Positions 26,342 to 36,851 of a DNA stretch of 64,000 nucleotides are shown piece after piece. The stretch is from Nitrospira sp. UBA5699 (GTDB lineage: Bacteria > Nitrospirota > Nitrospiria > Nitrospirales > Nitrospiraceae). How positions within the stretch are numbered: the first letter of the stretch is position 1; every line of letters starts with the position of its first letter. The stretch covers positions 76,504 to 140,503 of the forward strand of contig DIHJ01000038.1 of NCBI GenBank assembly GCA_002420105.1, given 5' to 3'. The notes beneath the pieces are model-generated. The model saw only the letters and a list, made by a program, of their open reading frames with translations. It ran no database searches and was not told the DNA's origin. Made by a program: the position numbers and the translations under genes.

Positions 26342-27100
26342 ATGGCGCCGCGACCGAAGCAGGCGGTCGCCTTGCGGCTGACGCTGTGCGGGCTCGCGCT
26401 GGCGGGGCTCGTGCTGACGGGAGCCGGGTGCAGCGGCTCGAAGGTGACGACGCAGGCCTCGAATGAACTCCCGCGCTATCAGGTTCGTACGGTCGCGTTG
26501 GTGCCGTTCACCGCTCTGGCCACGCCCCAGGTCCGTGACGTTGGAGATCAGGTTCTGTCCACTCCCCAAAGCGTGCGGCGATCGGATATTTCGCTGGGTG
26601 TCCCCTCGAGTGCGGAGCCGCAGCTTCGCCAGACCGTCACGGTCCCGGCGCATGCCGCGGAACAAGTGACGCAGCTGTTCTGGAGCAGACTGAAGAATCG
26701 TCGGGATGTCGTGATCCTGTCGCCCGGCGAATCGGCCAAACTTGCGGTTCCGGCGACAGGCGATGCGGTGAAGGCGACGCCGGAGTCGATGGCGGCCGCC
26801 CTGGCCAAGAGGATGAAGGCCGATGCCGCGCTGATCGGGCAGGTGCTGGTGTATCAGGAGAGGGTCGGGAGCCGGCTCGGAGCGAACCCTCCCGCAACCG
26901 TGGGATTTGAAGTGAAGGCCGTCGCGGCGGACGGACAGGTCTTGTGGGTCGGCAATTACTACGAGCGTCAGCGGCCGATGACGGAAGATTTCCTGGGATT
27001 TGTGCAGCGCTGGGGAGTGTTCGTCACCGCGGAGGAATTGGCGCGGTATGGAGTCGACGAGATCATGAAATCGTTTCCGTTCGGCACGGCGGAGGAATAA
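26342..27100 (+). CDS. Hypothetical lipoprotein inserted between hisH and hisA
   Basis: The protein has a signal peptide with the lipobox LTGAGC. No catalytic motif is recognisable. The alternative start at 26291 overlaps hisH. Confidence 0.6.
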   Translation: MAPRPKQAVALRLTLCGLALAGLVLTGAGCSGSKVTTQASNELPRYQVRTVALVPFTALATPQVRDVGDQVLSTPQSVRRSDISLGVPSSAEPQLRQTVTVPAHAAEQVTQLFWSRLKNRRDVVILSPGESAKLAVPATGDAVKATPESMAAALAKRMKADAALIGQVLVYQERVGSRLGANPPATVGFEVKAVAADGQVLWVGNYYERQRPMTEDFLGFVQRWGVFVTAEELARYGVDEIMKSFPFGTAEE

Positions 27101-27104
27101 CAGC

Positions 27105-27833
27105 GTGTTGATCATTCCGGCGATCGATTTGAAGGACGGGCGTTGTGTCCGGTTGCGTCAGGGGGATATGGCGGCGGAAACGGTGTATTCCGAGGATGTG
27201 CCGTCGGTCGCGCGCAAGTGGCAACAGGCCGGGGCGGGCCTGATTCATGTGGTCGATCTGAACGGGGCCGTGGACGGAGAGCCGAGAAACCTCCCGCAGA
27301 TCGAAGCCGTGATGCAGACGGTGAGCGTGAAGGTGCAGGTCGGCGGCGGGATCAGAACCATGGCCACCGTCCGCCGTTATCTCCAGGCCGGCGTTTCCCG
27401 CGTCGTGTTGGGGACCGCCGCCCTGACGGATCGTGCTTTTCTGGAACAGGCCTGCAGGGAATTCCCCCGACGCATTCTGCTGGGGTTGGACGCGCGCGAC
27501 GGGAACGTGGCGATCAAGGGCTGGACCGCGGTGTCCGAGACCAGGGCGATCGATTTGCTCAAGGAACTCGCCGGCTACGAGATCGGGGCCGTGATCTATA
27601 CCGATATCTCCCGGGACGGCATGTTGAGCGGGCCGAACATTCCCGCGTTGAAGGAAGTGGCGGCGTACACCTCCTTTCCGGTCATCGCATCCGGCGGGAT
27701 CACCCGCGTGGAAGATCTGCAAGCCGTACGATCGCTCGGGCCGCGTATCGAAGGCGCGATCGTGGGCAAGGCGTTGTACGACGGGAAGCTGGACCTGCGC
27801 GCGGCGATCATCGCCGCCAGCGCGGGAGGCTAG
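27105..27833 (+). CDS. hisA: ProFAR isomerase
   Basis: A GTG start is followed by LIIPAIDLKDGRCVRL and GGGIR, ending with SGGI...GAIVGKALY. Confidence 0.95.
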   Translation: MLIIPAIDLKDGRCVRLRQGDMAAETVYSEDVPSVARKWQQAGAGLIHVVDLNGAVDGEPRNLPQIEAVMQTVSVKVQVGGGIRTMATVRRYLQAGVSRVVLGTAALTDRAFLEQACREFPRRILLGLDARDGNVAIKGWTAVSETRAIDLLKELAGYEIGAVIYTDISRDGMLSGPNIPALKEVAAYTSFPVIASGGITRVEDLQAVRSLGPRIEGAIVGKALYDGKLDLRAAIIAASAGG

Positions 27834-27924
27834 GGGTTATGGGCGATGGGTTAAAGGCGCCAGGTGTTTGGCCCCTTGCCCATAACCTCTTGCCCAGTGC
27901 CTTGAGGGAGCGTAGCGAGCGAGC

Positions 27925-28707
27925 ATGTTGACCAAGCGCATCATCCCCTGTCTCGACGTCAAAGACGGCCGCGTCGTCAAAGGCGTGAGTTTCGTCAACC
28001 TCCGGGATGCGGGGGATCCGGTCGAGGTCGCGACGGTCTACGATCGCGAGGGGGCGGACGAACTCTGTTTTCTCGACATCACCGCGTCCCATGAAAACCG
28101 GAAAACGATCATCGACGTGGTCGAGCGGACGGCGGCGCGCGTGTTCATGCCCGTGACGGTCGGCGGAGGCGTCAGAACGCTCGACGACATCAGGGATCTG
28201 CTGAATGCCGGAGCGGACAAGGTCAGCATCAACACGGCGGCGGTCCAACGGCCGGAGTTCGTGAAGGAGGCCGCCGAACGGTTCGGCACGCAGTGTATCG
28301 TCGTGGCCATCGACGCGAAGCGGAAACCCGTGCCGAATCAATGGGAAGTCTTCACCCACGGAGGGCGCAAGCCGACCGGCCTCGACGCGGTGGAGTGGGC
28401 GGAACGGATGGAACACTACGGCGCGGGAGAAATCCTGCTGACCAGCATGGATCAGGATGGTCAGCAGAGCGGCTACGACCTTGGTCTCACCGCCGCCGTG
28501 TCCGGGCGCGTGTCCATCCCGGTGATCGCCTCGGGCGGCGTCGGCGCCCTGGAGCATCTGTACGACGGATTCGTCACCGGCAAGGCGGACGCCGTGCTGG
28601 CCGCCTCGATTTTTCATTTCAGGACGTATACGATTCCCCAGGCGAAAGCGTATCTCCGGGAGCGCGGGGTGCCGGTGCGTCTCGAACCGGCCGCGCAGAT
28701 CGTATAG
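27925..28707 (+). CDS. hisF: Imidazole glycerol phosphate synthase, cyclase subunit
   Basis: The blocks [22 protein letters not shown] and ASGGVG are present. Confidence 0.95.
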   Translation: MLTKRIIPCLDVKDGRVVKGVSFVNLRDAGDPVEVATVYDREGADELCFLDITASHENRKTIIDVVERTAARVFMPVTVGGGVRTLDDIRDLLNAGADKVSINTAAVQRPEFVKEAAERFGTQCIVVAIDAKRKPVPNQWEVFTHGGRKPTGLDAVEWAERMEHYGAGEILLTSMDQDGQQSGYDLGLTAAVSGRVSIPVIASGGVGALEHLYDGFVTGKADAVLAASIFHFRTYTIPQAKAYLRERGVPVRLEPAAQIV

Positions 28708-28709
28708 CC

Positions 28710-29378
28710 ATGGCACCATCGGCGACGGGCAACGTGAAATTCGACGAGCAGGGGCTGCTCCCCGCCGTGATCCAGGACTGGCTGGACGGGACGGTGCTCA
28801 TGCTCGGCTACATGAACCGGGAAGCGATCGAAAAGACGCTGGAGACGAAATCCGTTCACTTCTGGAGCCGTTCGCGCAAGCAACTCTGGCAGAAGGGGGA
28901 AACGTCCGGCCACACCTTGCAGGTGAAGGCGCTCTTCATCGATTGCGATCGCGATACGATCCTGGTGAAGGCCCAGCCGATGGGCCCGACCTGCCATACC
29001 GGCGAGCGGGCGTGTTTTTTCTCGCGGTTCGACGAACAGGGCGTACGCGAGCAGGAGAAGACCGCGGACGCGTCCGGGGGAATCCTCGAAGGCGTGCTGC
29101 GAACCATCCGCGATCGCCGGGCCAATCCGCAACCGGGGTCCTATACGACGAAGCTGTTCGAGGGCGGACACGACAAGATCCTCAAGAAGGTGGCCGAAGA
29201 AGCCGGTGAAGTGCTGATCGCGGCAAAGGGCGGAAAGAAAGACGAGATCGTCTACGAAGTGGCCGATCTGTTCTTCCATACCCTGATGGTGCTGGGCTAT
29301 CACGATCTCACGCTTCAGGAGATCTACCAGGAATTGGGCAAACGGTTCGGAAAGTCCGGTTTGAGGCCCGAGAAGTGA
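28710..29378 (+). CDS. hisI: Bifunctional phosphoribosyl-AMP cyclohydrolase / phosphoribosyl-ATP pyrophosphatase
   Basis: LLPAVIQD...DCDRDTILVKAQPMGPTCHTGERACF is the HisI part, followed by the HisE part EEAGEV...EVADLFFH. The longer track ORF from 28293 overlaps hisF and is rejected. Confidence 0.9.
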   Translation: MAPSATGNVKFDEQGLLPAVIQDWLDGTVLMLGYMNREAIEKTLETKSVHFWSRSRKQLWQKGETSGHTLQVKALFIDCDRDTILVKAQPMGPTCHTGERACFFSRFDEQGVREQEKTADASGGILEGVLRTIRDRRANPQPGSYTTKLFEGGHDKILKKVAEEAGEVLIAAKGGKKDEIVYEVADLFFHTLMVLGYHDLTLQEIYQELGKRFGKSGLRPEK

Positions 29379-29388
29379 GGAACAGACG

Positions 29389-29733
29389 ATGAGCGATTGC
29401 CTCTTCTGCAAGATCGTCGAAAAGAAAATTCCGGCCAAGATCGTTCACGAAGACGACCGGATGCTGGCCTTCGACGACATCCATCCGCAGGCTCCGGTCC
29501 ATACCCTGGTGATTCCGAAAAGGCACGTGGCGTCTATCCAAGACTGTGGCGCCGAGGATCGGGATTTGCTGGGCGGGCTTCTGCAGACCTGCACGAAGGT
29601 CGCGAAACTGAAGGGGTTGACGGAATCCGGCTACCGGCTTGTGGCCAATACGGGAGCCGACGGCGGGCAGACGGTGTTCCATCTGCACCTCCATGTGATG
29701 GGCGGACGTCATATGGGCTGGCCCCCCGGCTAG
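29389..29733 (+). CDS. HIT-family (histidine triad) protein
   Basis: CLFCKI... and the HLHLHVMGG triad are present. Confidence 0.9.
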   Translation: MSDCLFCKIVEKKIPAKIVHEDDRMLAFDDIHPQAPVHTLVIPKRHVASIQDCGAEDRDLLGGLLQTCTKVAKLKGLTESGYRLVANTGADGGQTVFHLHLHVMGGRHMGWPPG

Positions 29734-29876
29734 CCCGATCGAAAGCCGCTCCGAGGCCGCTCCCTCGCATTGACAGATTTCCTTCCCGTCTGTTAACCTG
29801 AACGGTCAATTTTTTCGATCACTTAGGGTTCGTGCCCCCACCGCTGTGCGGCGGGGAAAGAGGAGCTGCGACTCCG

Positions 29877-31691
29877 GTGGGTCGAGGCCTGATTTCTGAA
29901 GACGTCATCAATCAAATCAGAGACCGGATCGACATCGCGGAGATCGTCGGACAGCACGTCAGTTTGACCAGGGCCGGCCAAAATCTGAAAGGTCTGTGCC
30001 CGTTCCACCAGGAAAAGAGCCCGTCGTTCACCGTCAGCCCTTCCCGTCAAATCTTCCATTGCTTCGGCTGCGGAGCAGGAGGGAACGTCTTTACGTTCCT
30101 CACGCGGATTACCGGGGCGAGCTTTCCGGAAACGGTGCGGGAACTGGGACGGAAGGTCGGGATTGAAGTTCCGGAATCCTCCGGCGGGCCGGGAACTCAC
30201 GCCGCTCAGACCGGGCGGATCGAGCAAGTGAACCAGGCCGCCGCCGCATGGTTCCAGCAACAGCTGCGCGATGACCGGGGAGGCGCCGAGGCGCGCGAGT
30301 ATCTGGCGGGCCGGGGCATCCGGCAGGCGACCATCGATCGATTCGGGATGGGGGTGGCGCCGGCGGAATGGGACGGGTTGATCAAGTCGCTGACCCGGCA
30401 GGGGTTCTCGCAGAGCGACCTGGCTTCGGCCGGGTTGATCATTGCGCGGGACAACGGCAGCGGATATTACGATCGGTTTCGCGGGCGGGTCATGTTTACG
30501 ATCACGGACCTGCGCAAGCGGGCGGTGGGATTCGGCGGCCGGGTGCTCGGCGACGGCACGCCGAAGTACCTGAACTCGCCCGACACGCCGCTGTTCAGGA
30601 AGGGCCAGACGCTCTTTGCGCTCGATGCGGCGCGGGAGGCGGTGACGCGCACGAAGACCGTCATCGTCGTCGAAGGCTATTTCGACGCGATCGCCCTGCA
30701 TCAGGCGGGATTGACGCAGACGGTTGCGACGTTGGGCACGGCGCTCACGCCGGAGCACATCCAGGTCCTGCGGCGCTTTGCCTCGAAGGTCGTGCTGCTG
30801 TTCGATCCCGATCCGGCCGGCGTGCGCGCGGCGCTGCGCGGGCTGGATCTGTTCGTGAACAGCGGGCTCGGAGTGAAAGTCGTGACGCTCCCCGACGGCG
30901 ACGATCCGGATACCTATGTGCGGAAGGAAGGCGTTGAATCGTTCGCCCGTCTGGAAGAGCAGGCGCCGAGCCTGCTGGATTTCGCGTTGGAGCACAGTCT
31001 GAAAACCGCGGAGGCGAGCACGATCGAAGAGCGCATTCGCAGCGTGGACGAAGTGTTGCGGATTCTGCAGAAGAGCGGGCATCCCATCGAACGGGAAGAG
31101 CGGATCCGGCTTGTGGCCGAACGGCTCGGGATCAATCAGCAGCGGCTCATCGAACGGTATCCCGCGCTGCTCGCGAAGGACGGTTCGGGACCCGTCGCCC
31201 GAAAATCCGAAGCCCAGCCGGGCCCATCGTACAAGGGCGCCCCGGAGGAACGCGATCTGGTCTATCTGCTGCTGCACGGCGAGCTGACGCCGGTCGACAT
31301 CCGTCGGCTGCGACCCGATGCGTTTTCGGTCCCGGCCTGCCGGGTCCTCGTCGAAAAGGCCCTGGCGCACCTCGGCCAGGACGGCCGGGTGGGACTGCGC
31401 CATCTGCTCGATACGGTCGTGGACGACCCGGATTGCGGCTCGCTGGCGACGGAGTTGTCGATGCGGGAAGAGCATTTTGACGATGTGCGCGCGCACATTC
31501 AGGGCTGTCTGGACACCCTCGATCGCAAACGCGCGGAGGCGGCGCTGCGCGACTTGATCGCGCAACTCAAGGCCGCCGAACGGGAGGGGCGCGTCGAGGA
31601 TGCGCACGCGTTGAATGCGCGTGTGAATGAGTTGCGGATGCAGAAGGCCGGCCGACCTGCGGCCGGCGTACTTTCTTTGGTCAAGGAGTAG
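29877..31691 (+). CDS. dnaG: DNA primase
   Basis: The zinc finger is [11 protein letters not shown]...CFGCGAGG and the TOPRIM domain shows VVEGYFD and DPD. The GTG at 29877 has an AGAGGAG RBS, while the ORF opens at 29832. Confidence 0.9.
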   Translation: MGRGLISEDVINQIRDRIDIAEIVGQHVSLTRAGQNLKGLCPFHQEKSPSFTVSPSRQIFHCFGCGAGGNVFTFLTRITGASFPETVRELGRKVGIEVPESSGGPGTHAAQTGRIEQVNQAAAAWFQQQLRDDRGGAEAREYLAGRGIRQATIDRFGMGVAPAEWDGLIKSLTRQGFSQSDLASAGLIIARDNGSGYYDRFRGRVMFTITDLRKRAVGFGGRVLGDGTPKYLNSPDTPLFRKGQTLFALDAAREAVTRTKTVIVVEGYFDAIALHQAGLTQTVATLGTALTPEHIQVLRRFASKVVLLFDPDPAGVRAALRGLDLFVNSGLGVKVVTLPDGDDPDTYVRKEGVESFARLEEQAPSLLDFALEHSLKTAEASTIEERIRSVDEVLRILQKSGHPIEREERIRLVAERLGINQQRLIERYPALLAKDGSGPVARKSEAQPGPSYKGAPEERDLVYLLLHGELTPVDIRRLRPDAFSVPACRVLVEKALAHLGQDGRVGLRHLLDTVVDDPDCGSLATELSMREEHFDDVRAHIQGCLDTLDRKRAEAALRDLIAQLKAAEREGRVEDAHALNARVNELRMQKAGRPAAGVLSLVKE

Positions 31692-31693
31692 GT

Positions 31694-33505
31694 ATGGCGA
31701 AACAAGAGTTGCTCGTGGAAGTGAAGAAGCTGATCTCGATCGGGAAAGAGAAAGGCTTTCTCACGTACGACGAGTTGAACAGCACGTTGCCCGCGGAAGT
31801 CGTGTCGTCGGAACAGTTCGGCAGCATCATGACGATGTTCGGCGAGATGGATATCGAGATCGTCGATGCGCCGGACGGCGAGCGCCAGCCGAAAAGCCGC
31901 GGAGGCGACCAGGACGAATCCGGGGAGGAAGCGGACGAGGGCGAGGCGGGCGAAGACAACGAAAAGGAAATCGACCTGACGCCGGGCGCGCTGAGCCGCA
32001 CGGACGATCCGGTCCGGCTCTATCTGAAGGAAATGGGCAGCGTGGCGCTCTTGAGCCGTGAAGGCGAAATCGAGATCGCCAAGCGCATCGAGGAAGGGAA
32101 ACGGGACATCGCCTTCGTCATCTACGGGATGCCGATGACGATCGAGTTCATCCTGTCGCTGCGTGAACAGCTCAAGAACGGCAAGATCGACGTACGGGAG
32201 ATCGTCCCGATTCAAGAGACCGAGGAGGACTTCGAAGAGGAAGAAGTCGAGCGGGACTACGAGGAATTGCGTCTCAAGACGCTGGAGGGCCTGAACTGCG
32301 TCCGAAAGGTGTCGACGTCCTTGAAAGGGCTCTACGAGAAGTCGCGTCAGGCGGCGAAGGATCCGGCCAAGCTCAAGAAGATCAAGAAACAGATCGACGC
32401 GATCCGGGAACAGGTCGTGGAAAAGATGGAGGCGGTGAACCTGCACGGCGTGCTGAAGGACCGGATGGTTCAGCGCGTCCGGGAGATGGCGATCCAGATC
32501 CGCACGGCGGAGCGCGAAATGCTCAGCTGCCAGCGCCGGCTGGGCGTCGGCGGCGAGGCCGGAGCCGAGTTGCTGCGCAAGTTGTGCCGCGACAAGAAGG
32601 ATTTCCTGGCCGTCAAGCGGAAAACCGGCGTCTCGGAAGACAATCTGCAGGATATCAAGCGGGTCTATCAAGCCGCCAAGAGCCGCATCCGCCAGCTGGA
32701 AACGGAAGAGGCGCTGGTGTCCGGCGACGAAATCAAGGATGCCGTCAGGCATCTCGACGTGGCGGAGGAGAAGGTCAAGCGCGGCAAAGCCGAACTGGTG
32801 GAGGCGAACCTCCGTCTCGTCGTGAGCATCGCCAAGAAATACACGAACCGCGGTCTCCAGTTCCTGGATCTGATCCAGGAAGGCAACATCGGATTGATGA
32901 AGGCGGTCGACAAGTTCGAGTACAAGCGGGGGTACAAGTTCAGCACCTATGCAACGTGGTGGATTCGTCAGGCGATCACGCGCGCCATCGCGGACCAGGC
33001 GCGCACGATCCGCATTCCGGTTCACATGATCGAGACGATCAACAAACTGATCCGTACCTCCCGCCATCTGGTGCAAAAGCTCGGACGCGAACCGACCCCG
33101 GAGGAGATCGCCGAGCGCATGGATCTTCCCCTCGACAAGGTGCGCAAGATTCTGAAGATCGCCCGCGAGCCGATTTCGCTGGAAACGCCGATCGGCGAAG
33201 AGGAAGACAGCCATCTGGGGGACTTCATCGAGGACAAGAAGGCGATTTCCCCGTTGGAGGCGGCCATCCGGTACGATCTCCAGCGGCAGATCAACAGCGC
33301 CCTGGAAACGCTGACGCCGCGCGAGGAGAAGGTCTTGCGGAAACGGTTCGGCATCGGCGAAGCGACCGATCATACGCTGGAGGAGGTCGGGCAGGACTTC
33401 GAAGTCACGCGCGAACGCATCCGTCAGATCGAGGCCAAAGCCTTGCGCAAGCTGCGCCATCCGAGCCGGAGCAAGAAGCTGCGGAGTTTCGTCGAAAGCC
33501 TCTAG
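31694..33505 (+). CDS. rpoD: RNA polymerase sigma factor RpoD (sigma-70)
   Basis: An acidic region 1 is followed by region 2 ([27 protein letters not shown]) and region 4 ([28 protein letters not shown]). Confidence 0.97.
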   Translation: MAKQELLVEVKKLISIGKEKGFLTYDELNSTLPAEVVSSEQFGSIMTMFGEMDIEIVDAPDGERQPKSRGGDQDESGEEADEGEAGEDNEKEIDLTPGALSRTDDPVRLYLKEMGSVALLSREGEIEIAKRIEEGKRDIAFVIYGMPMTIEFILSLREQLKNGKIDVREIVPIQETEEDFEEEEVERDYEELRLKTLEGLNCVRKVSTSLKGLYEKSRQAAKDPAKLKKIKKQIDAIREQVVEKMEAVNLHGVLKDRMVQRVREMAIQIRTAEREMLSCQRRLGVGGEAGAELLRKLCRDKKDFLAVKRKTGVSEDNLQDIKRVYQAAKSRIRQLETEEALVSGDEIKDAVRHLDVAEEKVKRGKAELVEANLRLVVSIAKKYTNRGLQFLDLIQEGNIGLMKAVDKFEYKRGYKFSTYATWWIRQAITRAIADQARTIRIPVHMIETINKLIRTSRHLVQKLGREPTPEEIAERMDLPLDKVRKILKIAREPISLETPIGEEEDSHLGDFIEDKKAISPLEAAIRYDLQRQINSALETLTPREEKVLRKRFGIGEATDHTLEEVGQDFEVTRERIRQIEAKALRKLRHPSRSKKLRSFVESL

Positions 33506-33521
33506 CGCGGCATCGCGCGAT

Positions 33522-33550
33522 TTGACTCCGTCTCCGGGTCGGCCTAGAAT
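33522..33550 (+). promoter_or_regulatory. Candidate sigma-70 promoter upstream of tRNA-CAU
   Basis: TTGACT (33522-33527), a 17-nt spacer, then TAGAAT (33545-33550), about 100 nt upstream of the tRNA. Confidence 0.45.
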
Positions 33551-33651
33551 CGCCTCGAGGTCGAGGCTTAGGTTAGGCTGAGGCTGATGGTCGCGGCCGG
33601 GTCCGGTCGCGAAGCTCGACCGAACCCTGAGTCTGAACCTTGCTGCTGCAG

Positions 33652-33728
33652 GGGCCCATAGCTCAGGTGGTTAGAGCGGCTGACTCATAATCAGCTGGTC
33701 CTAGGTTCGAGTCCTAGTGGGCCCACCA
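33652..33728 (+). tRNA. tRNA with anticodon CAU (elongator Met or lysidine-modified Ile2, not distinguishable by eye)
   Basis: The acceptor stem is GGGCCCA/TGGGCCC, the anticodon arm is GCTGA-CTCATAA-TCAGC, the T arm is CTAGG-TTCGAGT-CCTAG, and CCA is encoded. Confidence 0.9.
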
Positions 33729-33784
33729 GTGGACCGGCGACTGGCAGCCGGGCTGGATGCGCGGATAACGCCGGCGGGAGAGCA

Positions 33785-34558
33785 TTGAACCAGAATCTGT
33801 CCCCCCTCATCGAACTGCAGCGGCTCGATCTCCGGATTATGGAGATCAACGAGCAACGCCGAAAGATCCCCGAGCGACTCCATGCCGTCGAAGCCCCGCT
33901 ACGCGAAGCGAAACAGTTGCTCCAGGACACCAATTCGTCGATCGACGCGCTGGTCAAGGAGCGCCGCGCCCATGAGAAAGACGTGGAAGCGCAGGATGCG
34001 CACACGGACAAGATGCGTGCGCGCCTGTCCGAACTGAAAACGAACAAAGAGTATCAGGCCCATCTGTTCGAACTGCAGATGGCCAACAAGAAAAAATCGG
34101 AGATCGAGGACAAAGTGCTGGCCTGCATGGAGAAGATCGAGCAGCTGCAGCGCACGGTCACGGAAGCGCAGGACAAAGTCCGGTCGGCCGAACAGGCGTT
34201 CGCACAGGAAAAACGCGTGCTCGATGAATTGGATCAGAAGCTGTCGGGGGAGTTGGCCGTGTTGGAGGCGCAGCAGCGGGACCGGTCGGCCCAAGTCGAG
34301 CGAACCCTGCTGGCCCGCTATACGAAACTCAAAGCCTCAAGAAAGGATCAGCCGCTGGCCGCCATCAAAGGGGGCATGTGCTCCGGCTGTCGCCTTCAGA
34401 TTCCGCCGCAGCTGATCGCGGAGGTCAAGCGCTCGCAGGATCTCCACACCTGCCCCTACTGCCATCGCATGCTCTACTGGGACGGCGATCTGCCGGTCGA
34501 GCAGAAACCCCAGGATCAGGCGAAAGCCTCGGATCTCGAAGTCGGCGAGTCCGTCTAG
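33785..34558 (+). CDS. Coiled-coil protein with a C-terminal C4 zinc ribbon (COG1579-like)
   Basis: A TTG start follows a GGGAGAG RBS. A long heptad-rich region is followed by CSGCRLQ...CPYCHR. Confidence 0.7.
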   Translation: MNQNLSPLIELQRLDLRIMEINEQRRKIPERLHAVEAPLREAKQLLQDTNSSIDALVKERRAHEKDVEAQDAHTDKMRARLSELKTNKEYQAHLFELQMANKKKSEIEDKVLACMEKIEQLQRTVTEAQDKVRSAEQAFAQEKRVLDELDQKLSGELAVLEAQQRDRSAQVERTLLARYTKLKASRKDQPLAAIKGGMCSGCRLQIPPQLIAEVKRSQDLHTCPYCHRMLYWDGDLPVEQKPQDQAKASDLEVGESV

Positions 34559-35208
34559 GCGGTCGGTTCCTCCAAGACGGCCTTCGTGGTCTTGAAGTGG
34601 AGCTTGGCCACGGTCCCCAGCCGCTCCCGCCCGTGTTTCTTCACGATCATTTTCCCGGCCAGTTCCACCGCGGGCGAGGCCCCCTTTGGCAGCGACGTGC
34701 CGATTTCATCGGAAAGGCGTTTGAGGCGGAGCAGGAACTCGGCGCGTGCGACGATGGAGGCGGCGGCGACGGCCAGATCCGCTTCCGCCTTGGGGCGCTG
34801 CTCGAGGACGATCTTCCGCCCCTTTTCCTGCAAGGCGTTGAGGATGAGCCGTTCGTCGCCGAACTGGTCCGAGATCGCCCGTGCGCATGAGACCCGTTCG
34901 AGCAGGTTCTCCAGCGCTTTGGCATGGCCCCAGGCGAGCAGACGGTTGAGATTGCGAATCTTGGCGTACAGTTCGTTGTATTTCTGGGGCCCGATCGCAA
35001 TGACGCTGTGGGGGCAGATGATTTTGATGTCCGGAGCCATTTCCAGAATGCGGCCGTCGGAGATTTTCTTGCTGTCCCGGACCTGCATGAGCGCGAGTTC
35101 GCCTTGCGTCGTCGCGTCCACGAAGACGGCCGCAATGACGAGCGGGCCGAAATAGTCGCCTTTCCCCGATTCGTCGATTCCGATTCTTTCGATGGCGGTG
35201 GAGGGCAT
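34555..35208 (-). CDS. Type 2 ribonuclease H, RNase HIII-like catalytic domain without the N-terminal domain
   Basis: GIDESGKGDYFGPLVIAAV resembles the RNase HIII signature rather than the DEAGRG of RNase HII. The product is only 217 aa. Its stop overlaps the convergent gene's stop in a shared CTAG. Confidence 0.7.
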   Translation of the reverse strand: MPSTAIERIGIDESGKGDYFGPLVIAAVFVDATTQGELALMQVRDSKKISDGRILEMAPDIKIICPHSVIAIGPQKYNELYAKIRNLNRLLAWGHAKALENLLERVSCARAISDQFGDERLILNALQEKGRKIVLEQRPKAEADLAVAAASIVARAEFLLRLKRLSDEIGTSLPKGASPAVELAGKMIVKKHGRERLGTVAKLHFKTTKAVLEEPTA

Positions 35209-35309
35209 GCGGCGGCGTGCGCGGGATCCCAGTGGAAAATGTTGCTGCGGGGCGTTAATTTAGCAGAGCATCCGCAAGCGGTCAATTTGGAGAGCGGCCG
35301 ACTGACGGC

Positions 35310-36197
35310 ATGAGAGGGAGGGCGGCGATGCGCGCATCTTGGAAGCGGGTTCAATGTGTGCTGGCGACGGGAATGATCCTCGGTCTGCTCGCGCTGACGA
35401 GCGGCTGCGAGACGAATCCATATACCGGCCGGTCGCAACTGCTGATGACCTCCGTTGCGGAAGAAATGCAGATGGGGGCGCAGGCGTACAATCAGGTGAA
35501 GAGCGATCCCAAAATGAAGGCGTCGCAGGATCCGCGGGAGGTCGAGCCGGTCAAGCGGGTCGCCGCCAGAATCGTCGAGGCCGCCAAGCGATCGAAGTAT
35601 GCCGAGATGGCACAGCAGTTTCAGTGGGAAGTGACCGTCATCAAGGATGATAAAACGATGAACGCGTTCGCGCTTCCGGGAGGCAAGATGGCCGTCTATA
35701 CCGGCATTTTCCCGGTCGCCAAGACGGAAGCCGGACTGGCCGCCGTCATGGGGCATGAAGTGGTGCATGCGTTGGCCCGCCATGGAGCCGAGCGCATGAG
35801 TCAAGGGCAACTGACGAACGCGGCCTTGCAGGTCGCCGGTGCGGCGGCAGGAGCCGGCGGAGGGGGCGGCCTCATGTCGCAGGCGGCGATGGCGGCTCTC
35901 GGTGTCGGCGCCCAGGTCGGCGTCCTGCTCCCCTTCAGCCGGAAGCATGAATCGGAAGCGGACTATATCGGTATCCTGCTCGCTGCCGATGCGGGATACG
36001 ATCCCAGGGAGTCGGTTCATCTCTGGGAACGAATGGAGCAGTTGTCCAGCGGGGGTGGACCGTCAGAGTTCCTGTCGACCCATCCCGGGCATGACACCAG
36101 AATCGAGCAGCTCAAGAAGTGGATGCCGGAAGCGATGGCCATCTACCAAAAGCGACAGCCCCTGCCGACCGCAGAACTTCCGCCCGTCGGACGATAA
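35310..36197 (+). CDS. M48-family zinc metallopeptidase, lipoprotein
   Basis: The lipobox is LTSGC. The HEVVHAL (HExxH) motif and a downstream ESEADYIG are present. Confidence 0.85.
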   Translation: MRGRAAMRASWKRVQCVLATGMILGLLALTSGCETNPYTGRSQLLMTSVAEEMQMGAQAYNQVKSDPKMKASQDPREVEPVKRVAARIVEAAKRSKYAEMAQQFQWEVTVIKDDKTMNAFALPGGKMAVYTGIFPVAKTEAGLAAVMGHEVVHALARHGAERMSQGQLTNAALQVAGAAAGAGGGGGLMSQAAMAALGVGAQVGVLLPFSRKHESEADYIGILLAADAGYDPRESVHLWERMEQLSSGGGPSEFLSTHPGHDTRIEQLKKWMPEAMAIYQKRQPLPTAELPPVGR

Positions 36198-36383
36198 CCC
36201 CTTTTCCGCGCCCCGGTGTACCGGAATGGGGGCGCGGAAAATCTAGAATTATCACATAAAGTCAACTGGTTGCATGCATCCGCTGAGACGGGTTCTCCGG
36301 GGCCGCCATCCTTTTGTAGGATGGCGGAAGGTCGTGAGGGACGGGCATAATCACGTCAGTCAACCGTTGGGGAGGCTGATCCG

Positions 36384-36713
36384 ATGATCACTCGATACGG
36401 ACCTCGCGTGTCAGTCACATGTTCAGCGGCCCTGACCGGAGACGATGCAGTCGGCACAGGTCGGGTGTTGGATGTCTCTTTGCCGGGCTGTCGCCTGGAG
36501 TATCCCCGGGGGCTTCGGGTCGGTGACTATGTGCAACTGCGGCTCTTCCTCCCGGACCGGGCCAATCCGATGACGGTTCAGCTGGCCGCGGTGCGCTGGG
36601 TGATGGGGACTCTCGTCGGGCTGGAGTTCATCCGGTCCACCCGACAGGACCAGAGACGTCTGGCAGATTTCGTTCACAGCCGCATGCCTGCGCCGGATCT
36701 CTCTCCGACATGA
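36384..36713 (+). CDS. PilZ-domain protein
   Basis: The RxxxR motif (RYGPR) and the DxSxxG motif (DVSLPG) are both present. Confidence 0.7.
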   Translation: MITRYGPRVSVTCSAALTGDDAVGTGRVLDVSLPGCRLEYPRGLRVGDYVQLRLFLPDRANPMTVQLAAVRWVMGTLVGLEFIRSTRQDQRRLADFVHSRMPAPDLSPT

Positions 36714-36809
36714 TGTGCGGCGAACCCGCCGTCTGCGGTTCCCTGCGGTAGGCATCCGCCCGATCCACGCAACCCTCCTCAGTATTCGCCTGCGCCATCG
36801 ACGGAGTCC

Positions 36810-36838
36810 TTGCATCCCGAGCGATCGTTTCTTATACT
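36810..36838 (+). promoter_or_regulatory. Candidate promoter of rnpB
   Basis: TTGCAT (36810-36815), a 17-nt spacer, then TATACT (36833-36838), about 14 nt upstream of the predicted P1 stem. Confidence 0.45.
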
Positions 36839-36851
36839 CATCCTGCGCGAG

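Noticed and set aside
36202-36241. The hairpin TTTTCCGCGCCCC...GGGGGCGCGGAAAA after the M48 peptidase gene, considered as an intrinsic terminator.
   Set aside because: The stem is strong, but no U tract follows on either strand because the A/T runs are part of the stem. I therefore left it out of the feature list. It may still act as a stability element or a Rho-dependent pause site.
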